DNA of 64,000 bases from Octopus sinensis (lineage: Eukaryota): positions 193,130,001 through 193,194,000 of the forward strand of contig NC_042998.1 in the NCBI RefSeq assembly GCF_006345805.1. The letters are read 5' to 3'. A program made the translations under genes and the position numbers. Under the pieces are notes generated by a model, which saw only the letters and a program-made list of their open reading frames with translations, was not told the origin of the DNA and did no database searches. Below, in pieces: positions 11,817 through 25,146 of the stretch (its first letter is position 1; every line of letters starts with the position of its first letter).

Positions 11817-12199
11817 GGAAGCACTCCGTCGGTTACGACGATGAGGGTTCCGGTTGATCCGAATCAACGGAACAGCCTGCTCGTGAAATCAACGTGCAAG
11901 TGGCTGAGCACTCCACAGACATGTGTACCATTAACGTAGTTCTCGGGGATATTCAGCGTGACACAGAGAGTGACAAGGCCGGCCCTTTGAAATACAGGTA
12001 CAACAGAAACAGGAAGTAAGAGTGAGAGAAAGTTGTGGTGAAAGAGTACAGCAGGGATCACCACCATCCCTGCCGGAGCCTCGTGGATCTTTAGGTGTTT
12101 TCGCTCAATAAACACTCACAACGCCCGGTCTGGGAATCGAAACCGCGATCCTATGACCGCGAGTCCGCTGCCCTAACCACTGGGCCATTGCGCCTCCAC
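11817..12199 (-). mobile_element. SINE family B, full length
   Basis: tRNA-like head GGCCCAGTGGTTAGGGC..GTTTCGATTCCC; 12-bp TSD ACATAAGAGAGT. Confidence 0.92.
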
Positions 12200-13674
12200 A
12201 CATAAGAGAGTACAAATCGACTCAACGGTTTACAAAATAAACCCATACGCACATGTGTACACACAGATACATAATGGTCTTCCACGTTTTTATCCATCAA
12301 GACATTTGTTGATTTGCGGTTACTGTAGAACCAGGAACCACGTAATGGCGGAACGAATTTCGTGTTTCTGAAATGTTATTTCATACAACAGGGTACAACG
12401 GTTTCATTCAAACAGTACACAATTAACAAAATAGGAAGACTCCAATAAAGAGGAACAGCCACCATTCTTCACATTGTCTTTATTGAATTAGAGAAAATGC
12501 ACTCTTACCTGTGAAAATAAGCGAGTCAACCAAGCGTGTCATTATATCTCAAATAATAACCTTAGTTATATTATGTTATTGTAAATATTGCAAATATTAT
12601 TTAATGCAGTTAATATTCTACTTTATATTCGTATTCATTAGCTAGCATTGAACAAGGATTTTTACGAAAAGCTTAATCAACATGTAAGGAGGATTCTCAA
12701 TAAAATATTTCTAAAAATAATTTCGAATAGGTTGGTGTATTTATAGTTAGTTTTTTTTTTAATGATAAAAGAAAAAGTAATTTTGAAGGATAAAGGAAAA
12801 AAAACGAATTTACTTAATTTAGATAGTTGGGTGTAATCACTAAGTTTCAATTTATTGAAAATATTTTAATGTGTTTGCAGAATGCATTAAATAAAAGAGC
12901 AGTAAAACTTAGATGATAATTAAACTGCTGTGAAATAACTTTCAGTGGGGGATGGCAAGTTTGGAAGGGAGGGTTTTGATGCTGCTAAGAACCTAACGTA
13001 AAGTTTCATTGGGAATATTTTCTTCTATTTTTACTGAAATCGATTCCCAGTAAAAGTATAAAGTCATAAAACGTACAGATATTTCTGTTCAAAGGTAAAC
13101 ATAATCCACTGGTCGCTGGTGTTCCCTGGAGACGCAGAAAGGGAAAAGAAAATTCTTCTTTTACGCCAAACAAAGAAAGACTGAAAGAGAAAATGATAAT
13201 AAAACCATCGTAAACAAGATTTAAAATTTTCTTTTAAGTAAAATACGACTATCTTCTTTAAACACCCACCCTTCACTCTATTGTTTTCTTATTTTATATT
13301 CTCCTTTTTCTTCTTTTCTTATCTCTGCTTTTCATAACTTTCTGGTTTTTCTTTTTGATATTTCTTCATTTCGAGTGTGAGGTGGGATAGGCAAAATCAC
13401 GTGTGTCTCAGACAAAATGCCTTGCGATGTTCAGTTACGGTCCTTTATGTTCAAAGGTCAAATCCCACCGAGGCTAATCTTGTCTTGCATCCTTCCGCAG
13501 TCGATAAAATTAAGTATCAATAAAGTACTGGGATCGATAAAATCAATTGTATACCTCTTCAAATTTTGAACTTTTTATCTATGCTAAAGATATTTCTTTA
13601 TATCTCTCCTCTTTCATTCCCACAGAGTCAAATTTTTAATGTATACCAAGAATATATATATATATATATATATA

Positions 13675-14222
13675 AACTTAGATAAACTTAGATATGTTTC
13701 GACCAAAGATTGGTCCAGGCCATGTCTAACTTAATAGCACCACCTGATAGGATTATCTAAATCCTGTTTAAGTCAAGTTTTGTTTATGGTCCATTCAAGT
13801 AGTGAGTTTTTTTTTGGTTGAGTTGTATCCAATTATGGGTGGCTTATCTGGTATTCGTTGAAGGAATCTATCCAGACTCCGTTTAAAGTTGATGGGATCC
13901 TTTTCCTCTTTGATCTCTTTCGGGACAATGTTAAATAGGGCAAGGCCTGTTGAGGAAAAGAAATTATGTTGCAGTTACAAGTATGCTGTGATCTTGAATT
14001 GGACAGGGGACGTATGGCCCGTGATCCCAGTCTTGGATGAACCTTGAAGCTAATGTTCAGGTCGTTTGGGCAAAGTTGGCAGTATATTCTCCACATCGTA
14101 CAAATGATGTACCGCTCACGGCGACGCTGGAGAGAGTAGAGTTTCAAGGCTTTAAGGCGATCCCAATAATCGAGAGCAGCCATGCCTTCAATTCGTTTAG
14201 TGAGTGCCCTCTGGGGTGATTC
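13675..14222 (-). mobile_element. 3' end of a CR1/L2-group LINE (second family)
   Basis: QRALTKRIEGMAALDYWDRLKALKLYSLQRRRERY; tail (ATCTAAGTTT)2. Confidence 0.85.
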
Positions 14223-14399
14223 AATCCTCGAGATGCATATAATTTCGTCTCACTAAATTCTGAGTTCAAACCCTATCCTGTCCGTTGGACTAATTCTTTC
14301 GTTCATTGATAAAGTGATAAATTAACTATCCGTCAAGATATGTCTCTTGGACAGTTATATTACTCACTACCAAACGACTATGCTACTGAGCACCAAACA

Positions 14400-14790
14400 A
14401 TTACATCATTCACCGCTATGCAACTATACTACTCTCTACGAAACCACTACATCACTCTTTAGCAAGTTTATCAGTTCCTAGCAATACTAACGGCCTCGTT
14501 AATTACATTTGGCGACCACATATGCATTAACGCATCAAAGAAACATTCTTATATTCTATCTGACATTCATACACATTCTCTTTACTCGGGAACAGCATAC
14601 CGCTGCATGCCTCAAGCACAAATACTACACCTCACAATCTTAAATTCACTCTCATGTCGAACACTATTCTAAATCATAGTCAAAATTGCAAAACTGCCAA
14701 CGGCTAAACTCCTTCGGTGCCTGAAAACACTTTAGACCTAATCAGCTCTTGGCCCATTACAACGTACAAGTACGATCTATATCAGTATAT
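14400..14790 (+). pseudogene. Degenerate LINE AP-endonuclease relic
   Basis: ILSDIHTHSLYSG resembles ILGDFNAHS..W; later TPS..NTLDL..SW..TT..D; many disruptions. Confidence 0.35.
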
Positions 14791-14807
14791 TACCACACCG
14801 TGGATGG

Positions 14808-14812
14808 TACTA

Positions 14813-14853
<41 letters not shown>

Positions 14854-14857
14854 AATG

Positions 14858-14893
<36 letters not shown>

Positions 14894-14918
14894 TTACTAC
14901 TACTACTACTACTACTAC
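14808..14918. repeat. Compound (TAC)n(TGC)n(TAC)n microsatellite
   Basis: Direct inspection. Confidence 0.95.
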
Positions 14919-17496
14919 ATATGCACATATTCTAAAGACTACGTTAATTTAGACAGAGTACCTTCTCTGTCTCTCCTAATTTTAGTATAGTTCATTTACT
15001 AACTTACTCTATTTTCCCCAACGTCTTCTCTACTCCTGAAAAATTTTTCCTTCACAGACATACTAGGCTAAATGTTCTCTCCTCCATTCTCTCCTAAAAT
15101 GGCTCCTTCCGCTCAGAACTAACAAGATTTCAACCACTAGATGCACTTGCTTCTGCTTTCTCAATATCCGTAGTTTCTACTCTCGCTCCCCAGAACTACA
15201 ATTATATGGAACTGTTTCTCTTTATATGGAATTGTTTCTCGCTGAAAGAAGCGACCCAGGATAGAACTGGCTGGAAAATATTGATCCATCGAATAACCGA
15301 GAATCGACTTCGACTGAGCGGATAGATAGATAGTTTCTCTTTACGCTTGTTCTTGTTGTTGTTGTTACTTCTGTGTTACTTCCTCGTTTTAGGTTATTCG
15401 TAATCGAGTGAATCCCTAATCAAATAACTTCTAACTGTAACTACCATATTTTCCCCTCTTGCTTTCAGGAATGACAAAATCCAGTATGTCTTCACTAGCT
15501 TATTGAGATAGTAGGATAGGATTTAAAAGAAGTTTGGCTATTGCTAGCATGTCGAGTGGCTGCATATCTACGGCATTCTTTTACCCTAGACATCAGCCTA
15601 TCGCAATTTAGGCTGAATAAAAGATTGAATATGAATTGATTTTTTTTATTGGTTCGATCTCATGTATACCTTCAAGTTAACGAGATTTTTCTGGTGACTT
15701 TTTGTCAAGAGGTTGATCTCGATAAATGTGAAAGTTCTGGAAGCGATACAAAATTAATAGATCAGATAAGAATAAGATATTCTTAACGATGTTCTTCTGA
15801 ATATTGCATTTATATGGAAGCAGATACGGTTGGATGGCTCATGAATTCATTTCGCAAAAACACGATTTTCAGTTACATGATTTTCAATATCCCATGCGTG
15901 GTATATTGGGTGAGTATATTCTACTATAACCTCGAGCCGACCGAAGCTTATTCTCAGTAAAATTTGATAGACAGTAACTGTATGGAAACAGATCGAAAAG
16001 ACATTTTCTGGTTTTGAGTGTTAAACTTAAACCGTAACTCCTGACCCTTGGGCACTTTTAATGGAATTCGTTTTATTGCAGCTATTCGGGCCAGACTGAA
16101 AGAAAGGAACTAATATAAGGCAGCCTTCATATCTATGAAGTTCAAACAAAATTCGTGACGAGATTTCGATTTCTAGAAATTCGTCAAATATCTAATTTTG
16201 TGGAAGACATGAATGTAACAACTACAGACTTCCTTTCCTCGAAAATTGGTTTAAGCTGCATAACTATGTAAAAATCTAACGCACTGACTGTTCCAACTAC
16301 TTGAAATATTAACCAAACCTCCTTCACCTCATATACATTACTATCTTAAAAAGAGCAGCCTATATATAGACAGTTCAGTTCTAATAAAACTATGTCTGAA
16401 TAAATGATAAGAACGTCCTGGCTATAACGTTTCTATTTTTTTTTATCATAAGTTTGGTCGATCAGAGCGAAGGTGTGGTTAAGTAACAACAAAAACATTT
16501 ATTCCTAAATAGATCGGTCTCTGTACTGCGCATGATTCGAAAGAGAGGACATAAAACGACCAGTTTTAATTCGAAATGCTCAAGCAGTCGTTATCTTCTC
16601 ACCTCTGCGTAGTAATATCATTATTATTATTCACTACAGTGTGAAGGGTTAAATGGAAAACTAGATTCGATCGAAGATAAATTCAGTAACATCACATAGA
16701 GACTAGTCTGGCTAAACTGCAGCCCAGATACAGATTATCGCGGCTTCTAGTTTGTAAGATAAAAGATGCTGCTTTCAAATGTCACATCGGTAATAGATGA
16801 AAGGTGTTTGTACTCCTGTCTGAAATCAGATATAATGATTCCGGAGAAATCGAACTGAGATGCTATCATCATTAACCAACTCAGACCAATTCTACAGCTT
16901 CACTAATGAGTTTATGGTTTAACAGTTCCATGAAGCCAAAAACAGAAACAAACATACACACACATGCACGTGCACACAGACACATATACTTACAAGCATA
17001 TCATAAAACAATCAACGTATAATCACTTATTCTTTCACACAATATACACGCACACATGTATATGCATCCAAGCCAGTACCGGCTTCTATATTGAGATTGG
17101 TGCTGCTAGAAATACTAGCAAAATTCCTTCAAATAACAGCTCAGATTTCTTTATAATAATTTGATAATTTGAACAAAATATAGACCTAGATATAAAAAAA
17201 AGACTGGTTATGTTATAACGACTTTGATAACAAGTCCGGTCTATCATGGCTTTCCCGGGGTTAAACAAAAACAGCAACATTCGAATAAACCCAAATGCTT
17301 CAGGTGTGAAAGAGTGCACAGACAGAACAATGATACAAGTGTTATTACATGCAACAGAGGAGAATATATTTTCACCAATACATTTATGTTTACGATGCAC
17401 GCAACGTACATCATTTGGCTGCAGATAATATAATGGTTCTGTCTATAGTTAGTAGTAGAAGATAAAAGCTGTAGTAATCGTATTTGATTGAATCAT

Positions 17497-18010
<514 letters not shown>

Positions 18011-18415
18011 TAGAAACATTGCATTTCTAAATCACTCAGAGTGAGTGATGCAGTAGCAGCACGATAAAGTGATGGTTTGTCGCCAACCTAATATGGAAGT
18101 CCCAGGAAAGGGAAGAATGCTACTGCTATTTAACCCCAAGAAACACCGTTTCTAGTTGGCTACGTAACACAAGTGTTCTCTGTCCTAAGTTTTCAAACAG
18201 GGGAGATAAATACCTCCACCCGACAAAGTCAGCAATTCAGAGACTAGTTTCAGGGTAGTTACTCTTCATCAGTCTGGAGCAGCTTGGCCTTGCTAGCAGT
18301 CGGTGCTAAATCGCTGTTGAAAACATAGAATTTGAAGTGAAATAAATTCACTGATATATATATATATATATAATAACCGATTCTTTTTCTTATTATTGTT
18401 ATGATTATTATATTA

Positions 18416-18972
18416 AGGCGACGAGCCGGCAAAATTGTTTGCATGTTGGACGAAAAGCTTAGCGGTATTTCGCCCGTCGCTCCGGTCTGAGTTCTATATC
18501 TGCCGAGGTCGACATTACCTTTCATCATTTGGTGGTCGATAAATTCAGTACAAATGAAACACTGAGGTCGATGTAATCGACTCATCCCCTCCCCAAAATG
18601 GCTGCCCTTGTGGCAAAGTTTGAGACTATTATTTGAGACTAATGCTTAGCGGTATTTCGTCTGTCTTCATGTTCGAGTTCAAATTCCGCTGAAGTCGACT
18701 TTGCCTTTCCACCTTTCGGGGTCGATAAATTAAGTATCAGTGAAACACTGGGGTCGGTGTAATCGACTTATCCCATCCCCACAAATTTAAGGCCTTGTAC
18801 CTCTAGTAGAAAGGATTATTATATATATTCCGCCGAGGTCGACCTTGCCTTTCATCCTTTCGAGGTCGATAAATTAAGTACCAGTTACGCACTGGGGTCG
18901 ATGTAATCGACTTAATCCGTTTGTCTGTCCTTGTTTGTCCCCTCTATGTTTAGCCCCTTGTGGGCAATAAAG

Positions 18973-18975
<3 letters not shown>
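18416..18975 (+). mobile_element. Cluster of three SINE family C units (two older, one younger and 5'-truncated at 18829)
   Basis: Repeated GAGGTCGAC..CCTTTCATC..GGTCGATAAATT(A)AGTA motif. Confidence 0.85.
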
Positions 18976-19024
<49 letters not shown>

Positions 19025-19271
19025 GGAGTGTGTGTGAGAGAGAGAGAGAGAGAAAGAGAGGGAGTGTATGTGTGTGTGAGAGAGAGAGAGAGAGAAAGAG
19101 AGGGAGTGTATGTGTGTGTGTGAGAGAGAGTCAGACAGACAGATACACACATACACACATATACAGGTGTGAGAATATAGGTCCGTGTGTATATATATAT
19201 GAGTGTGTGAGTATATGTTTGTATAGATTTTTAAATGTGTATTTACTGAGTATCTGTAGGTGTGCCTGCTG

Positions 19272-19306
19272 ATTTAACGTTTCGAGCGGAGCTCTTCGTC
19301 AGAAAT
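19272..19306 (-). ncRNA. Minimal type-I hammerhead ribozyme motif (Penelope-type)
   Basis: Minus strand AUUU-CUGACGA-A-GAGC(UCC)GCUC-GAAA-CGUU-AAAU: complete core, 4-bp stem II, 4-bp stem I, palindromic ACGU stem III. Confidence 0.65.
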
Positions 19307-19485
19307 ATAGAAAAAGGAAAGGTCCAAGGAAGGGAAGACGGAGGGAAAAAATCGCTAACGATACACACGCGGTCACATATATAATATAACACACACACAC
19401 ACACACACATACATACACACACACACACTACATACACACACGTGTTCGAATGGGTGGAAGCCTAAACATGCGGTGGTTCGTGTGT

Positions 19486-19868
19486 GAAGCACTCCGTCGG
19501 CTACGACGACGAGGGTTCCGGTTGATCCGAATCAACGGAACAGCCTGCTCGTGAAATCAACGTGTAAGTGGCTGAGCACTCCACAGTCACGTGTACCATT
19601 AACGTAGTTCCCGGGGATATTCAGCGTGACACAGAGAGTGACAAGGCCGGCCCCTTGAAATACAGGTACAACAGAAACAGGAAGTAAGAGTGAGAGAAAG
19701 TTGTGGTGAAAGAGTACAGCAGGGATCACCACCATCCCCTGCCGAAGCCTCGTGGAGCTTTAGGTGTTTTCGCTCAATAAACACTCACAACGCCCGGTCT
19801 GGGAATCGAAACCGCGATCCTATGACCGCGAGTCCGCTGCCCTAACCACTGGGCCATTGCACCTCCAC
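19486..19868 (-). mobile_element. SINE family B, full length
   Basis: Near-identical to 11817-12199; imperfect TSD CGGTGGTT(C/T)GT. Confidence 0.9.
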
Positions 19869-20523
19869 ACGGTGGTTTGTACAGCTTTATGTCTACTAGC
19901 GCGCAATCATAGCAGATCCTGCTTGCACTCAATCCATAGACATGTTTTGTTTTCTGCTAAATTACCTAGATGCATATCTACACAAAGTCATCGGATTGAA
20001 AATGAAAAATAAAGCATTTCTAGGAGTAATAAATACAAATTGTTGGGATTGTCTTTTGTATATTTCTATTAGTCTATCTCGCTGCATAATTTTGTATCTA
20101 AAGGGCTCTAATTGTATGTTCATTTATCTGATTTATATATTTATTGCCGTATGCATATATTTATAAAAGGGGTATTGAAGTATATTTGTATATAGAGCTG
20201 TATGTGTACATGTAAGATACACATGTGTTCATTGTGTGGATGAGCATATATATATATATATATATTGTGTGTGTATGCGTGTATGTGAGTAGATGTGTGT
20301 GTATGTGTATATATATTTTTTTCTGTGTGTATATGTATGTGTGGTCGTGTGTGTATATATACATGTGTGTATACGTGTATGCAAGTGAGTGTGTGTATGT
20401 ATACATATATATGTGTATGTGTAGATATGTATATGTATGTGTGATTGTGTATATATATGTGTGTATGTGTAGAGGTATAAGTGAGAATCTCCTTATTTAC
20501 CTAAAACTCTATTCCCCCCCTTT

Positions 20524-20569
<46 letters not shown>

Positions 20570-20579
<10 letters not shown>

Positions 20580-20825
20580 TTATTTTTTATTTTATTTTTT
20601 TTTTTTTTACATATATTTTTTTATATTTTTTTATTTCTATTTCTATTTTTATTTTTATTTTTTATTTTTATTTTTTTTTTTTTTACATATATTTTTTTTA
20701 ATTTTTTTATTTTCTATTTCTATTTTTATTTTTTATTTTTTATTTTTATTTTTATATTTTATATTTTTTATTTGTTATTTTTTATTTTTTATTTTTTATT
20801 TTTTATTTTTTATTTTTTATTTATT
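20570..20825. repeat. T-rich (TTTTTATT)-like low-complexity tract with internal duplicated units
   Basis: Direct inspection. Confidence 0.85.
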
Positions 20826-21123
20826 CTCCTATCTAATTTAACACTGACTCCTTGACCACTCCCCCAAGTATGATTTTTTGCGCTATGCCTACCCCCCAAA
20901 AAGTCCCCCACCAACACCCCTTTAAACCTGCCTAAATGTATAAATGCCAATACAATTCTTGTTAACTAGCTTCCTGAAGATTTCTCTTGAATGAAACAGT
21001 TCTAGTCCTGTAGAAGCTCCTTCTATATAATAAATTAATTTTACTCTGCTATGTATTGAGTACCTTATTTACTGTGGTTAACCCCGAATCAACCCGGGAC
21101 CTACATATATATATATATATATA

Positions 21124-21520
21124 TACTAGCAGTATCGCCCGGCGTTGCTCGGGTTTGTTTCGACCCTTTAGAATCGGAATTCTTGAAAAGTAAAAGTTTT
21201 GTATTATGTAGCTTGTTATTCTTTTTAAGTGAACATTTTTCTGGTTGAAATACACCGAAAAATGGCAACACAGTAGTCAAAAATTCGTAAAAAATAGGGA
21301 TTTTCATAGAAAAAAAAGCACCCTTTTGTGTAAATAATTTTGGGTGTTAATATGATTTGAATTTTTTCTTCTATGGAAGGAAGAGCAAGCCTTCTTCTAT
21401 CATACTCTCAATTTTGGTCAACTTGTGCCGCAGGGTTTCGGAGGAGAAAGTGTTAGTTGAAGGCTATCAAACTTACCATACACAGACAACTTCAGCTTAT
21501 ATATATATATATATATATAT
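21124..21520 (+). mobile_element. Non-autonomous Helitron/Helentron-like (HINE/DINE-1-type) element within (TA)n
   Basis: 5' TACTAGCAGTATCGCCCGGCGTTGCTCGGG with subterminal palindrome; 3' ..CAGACAACTTCAGCTTATATATA; similar 5' end at 44820. Confidence 0.6.
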
Positions 21521-22104
21521 ATACAGATCCAGGTTAGATCCAGGTTATATGAGTGATATTTCTGCATCTGCAAACTTCGGATTGATTCTATCTATAATTC
21601 AAAGATATAACCTTATCACATATTGCTTTACGTTAATTCTTCTTGAGAATTAACTTATTTATACATATTTCGCTCCTTCTCGGAAAGATCTATTTATATC
21701 TGTATAATCCCACATATTTTTTTATAACATATTGTTTATATTTCAACACGTAGAAATTATGTTACTGTATCTCTCTCACAGCATATATACAATTAAGAGA
21801 GTGTGCTGCTGCTGCTGGTTTATGTTTGAGGATTGCTTCTTGAAGAAGGTATCTTGAATCATCACCTGTTGATTTTCTCAGATGGATTCTACTTCAAATA
21901 TTTACTTGAATAATTATATTAGTAGCACTCGTTATATTTTTGTTTATCTATGTGGACATGAAACCTGAGTGTTTCTAGGGGAGATAGGCGAGAGAACTTA
22001 TCTTGTTCATGTGATTAGAGACCATGTCAACAAATTCATTCCCAGTGTCCATTCTCCAATTTTTTTTTTTTTTATATTTTGTTTTTCGCTAATCTCTGTT
22101 TCAG

Positions 22105-22162
22105 AAATAATGGAGTTAATATGGTACTGTGACACTAGTTCTCTTACTGGAAACATAAAAAG
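22105..22162 (+). CDS. Candidate isolated coding exon (IMELIWYCDTSSLTGNIK)
   Basis: GCTAAT branch-like site, pyrimidine tract, TTTCAG acceptor, AAG/GTACGA donor; only one frame open. Confidence 0.3.
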
Positions 22163-22747
22163 GTACGAGTCCAACTCGAGTCTGTTATGAAACCAAAATC
22201 TCTGGGTGGAAGCTTACCTGCTGTTGGAATGGGATAAGTTAACTGTTGAATTTATAGGTTTCTAAAGATTCCAGATATTTCAGGATCGTCGGGAATGTTT
22301 CCAGAGATTTCAATAAATATAGAAGTGACCTATTTTTATGTCATGTTAAAGCGTTTTCTTTCTTTTTTCCCAGTAGTATTCGGGAAGATACTCCCATTTC
22401 AGCTTTCATTTGTCTCTCTCCTGAACTCAATATTTTTATCCACCCATTTCTAGATACTTCTAATTTATACAATTCAACATAAAGCTGTTATATAACTAAG
22501 TTTAAAAAGTTACTGTAAAACAGTAGCCTAGTTACTTTCCTCAAGATTGATGTCATTTATTCAAAGCATTTTCGAAAATCATAGAAAACGCAGTGTGAGA
22601 GTGGCTATAGTCTTCAAGCCAACTGGTGAAAGTAACGAACATGCTTTGGTCTTATTGAACTTCGTCAGTGAATTATATTCTACTCAGTTACCATAGTTAG
22701 AAGCGATGAGTATATACAGAAATAGAGGAAATATAATGTTGCTGATT

Positions 22748-22947
22748 GTTTGTTCCTTCTCGAGCCATGCCTGGCTCATAAGGGCCGGTTTCCCGGTTGG
22801 TTTCATTGGCGTATAGGTTCCCCGCCTGGACGGGACGCCGGTCCGTCGCAGGCGAACTGCAAGATGCATGAGGAAAGACACACGCATCACCCGGTCTGAG
22901 ATTCGAACCCGTGATCCTTCGACCGCGAGTCCGCTACTCTAGGCCAT
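22748..22947 (-). mobile_element. SINE with family-B-like tRNA head and V/Meta-domain-like body
   Basis: Head GCGGACTCGCGGTCGAAGGATCACGGGTTCGAATCTC; body GCGACGGACCGGCGTCCCGTCCAGG..GAAACCGGCCCTTATGAGCC. Confidence 0.7.
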
Positions 22948-23178
22948 GTTGCTGATTACGAATCATCAACAACATGTATAAGGTAAAATGCCCCAGAGGA
23001 GCCTATTGTAATTGTGAATAGGAATACAGTATGGAATACAAGTTGAAATACTTCAATTAATTGACAAATGCTACAAAAAAGACGCACTACGCCCCTACGT
23101 AAAAGATAACCACACTGCAACTCTGACATGCAAGTCTAAACTATGTAGAGTACAGTATGGCAGTCTGTAGACGTTGTC

Positions 23179-23238
<60 letters not shown>

Positions 23239-23956
23239 GTCTAGTGTATTTTTGATGCTGTGGTTCTTTAACCCCAGGCGAGCTGTTATGAAGAAACTAA
23301 ATCTTTGACAAGCTCGTTGTATTTTTTTTAAGTGCTGTATATTGGACAACATGATCCAAGACTCTAGGATATGAGCTGGAAAAAATTTAACTGCTGTTTC
23401 TAGGAGGCCAAGTAGCCGCGTAGGGACTTCTTTGTTGCTTCATCTAAATACCTGTTTTTGTTCTTAAGTTTCGATAGATCAGTCGCGATAGAACAGATCT
23501 ATCGTCAAAGGCTTTCTAACCCGACAATTTCATCTTTCTCGAACGTGCATTACCGAAATACGTTTTCATTTTTAAGGTTGTAATCTGAGGTAAATTTGGA
23601 TACTAATTCTTGTAGGTAGAGGGACCAGGCAGAAAAATCTCCTTAGCTTTCGGTTCTGTTTATCAATAAATGCCGTTGGAAGCAACAGTTGAAGCGGGCA
23701 AGGTGGTCTGGGTTAGAGCATGATACCGATATTGAGGTTTTAAACATAGACGACTATTCTGGATGAAGTGTTGTCATAAGATGCTGGTAGATTGAATCAA
23801 ACTAAATTAAGCTACAACGCTAATAATTTTCCAACTCAATCTTGTTTTATAGGATTGCTTACGAAGAAAGCTGACTAACAAGTGATTGTACGACCATTTA
23901 CAGAACGCAATATACAAAATTAATAGAGAGAGCTTCATACACATGGAGAAAACTTC

Positions 23957-24366
23957 ATAGGCGCTGGAGTGGTTCTGTGGTAAGTAGCTTGTTTACCAAC
24001 CACATAGTTCCGGGTTCAGTTCCACTGCGTGGTACCTTGGGCAAGTGTCTTCTACAATAGCCTCGGGCCAACCAAAGCCTTGTGAGTGGATTTGGTAGAC
24101 GGAAACTGAAAGAAGCCCGTCGTATATATGTATATGTATGCATATATGTGTGTGTGTTTGTGTGTCTGTGTTTGTCCCTCCAACATCGCTTGACAACCGA
24201 TGCTGATGTGTTTACGTCCCCGTAACTTAGCGGTTCGACAAAAAAGACCTGTAGAATAAGTACTAGGTTTGCAAAGAATAAGTCCTGGGGTCGATTTGCT
24301 CGACTAATGGTGGTGCTCCAGCATGGCGGCAGTCAAATGACTGAAACAAGTAAAAGAAGGTAAAGA
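23957..24366 (+). mobile_element. SINE family A
   Basis: Full head-to-tail match to other copies. Confidence 0.92.
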
Positions 24367-24694
24367 ATACACTACCAAATATGATTTACTTATATTCATA
24401 TAAAGCGACGAGTAGGATATAACTACTTTGAATTAAAATATCAACCATGCATTATATAGTACGATATACGCAAATTTTTGTTTTAAAATTTAGACTGTGT
24501 TATGCAAAAAAAATTAGCGACTTGCTTCTTCTCGATATGGACCAACAAGACCCCGGTATGGACCACTGGTGGTCCACTTCGTACACGTTGGGTTAAGTTA
24601 CAGAAACGTTGTCTCTGGAGGTTTCTGATACGTTTTTGATAGAGAGTGATGTTTTCAGTGCAACGATACAATGTGCTACGGCAGAATACACAGT

Positions 24695-24858
24695 ATAGGC
24701 GTAGGAGTGGCTGTGTGGTAAGTAGCTTGCTTACGAACCACATGGTTCCGGGTTCAGCCCACTGCGTGGCACCTTGGGCAAGTGTCTTCTACTGTAGCCT
24801 CGGGCAGACCAAAGCCTTGTGAGTGGATTTGGTAGACGGAAACTGAAAGAAGCTCGTC

Positions 24859-24908
<50 letters not shown>

Positions 24909-25146
24909 GTATCTGTGTGTGTATATGTTTATGTGTCTGTGTTTGCCCCCCCCCCAACATCGCTTGACAACTGATGCTGGTGTGTTTACGTCCCCGTAAC
25001 ATAACGGTTCGGCAAAAGACACCGATAGAATAAGTACTAGGTTTCCAAAGAATAAGTCCTGGGGGCGATTTGCTCGAATAAAGGCGGTGCTCCAGCATGG
25101 CCACAGTCACATGACTGAAACAAGTAAAAAAAAAAGAGTAAAGAGT
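24695..25146 (+). mobile_element. SINE family A
   Basis: Full match; expanded internal (TA)n. Confidence 0.92.

Noticed and set aside
11864-12115. Recurrent peptides such as MVVIPAVLFHHNF.., MLGGQTQTH.. and MSSNARGQT..
   Set aside because: Incidental translations of SINE families A and B, not a gene family.
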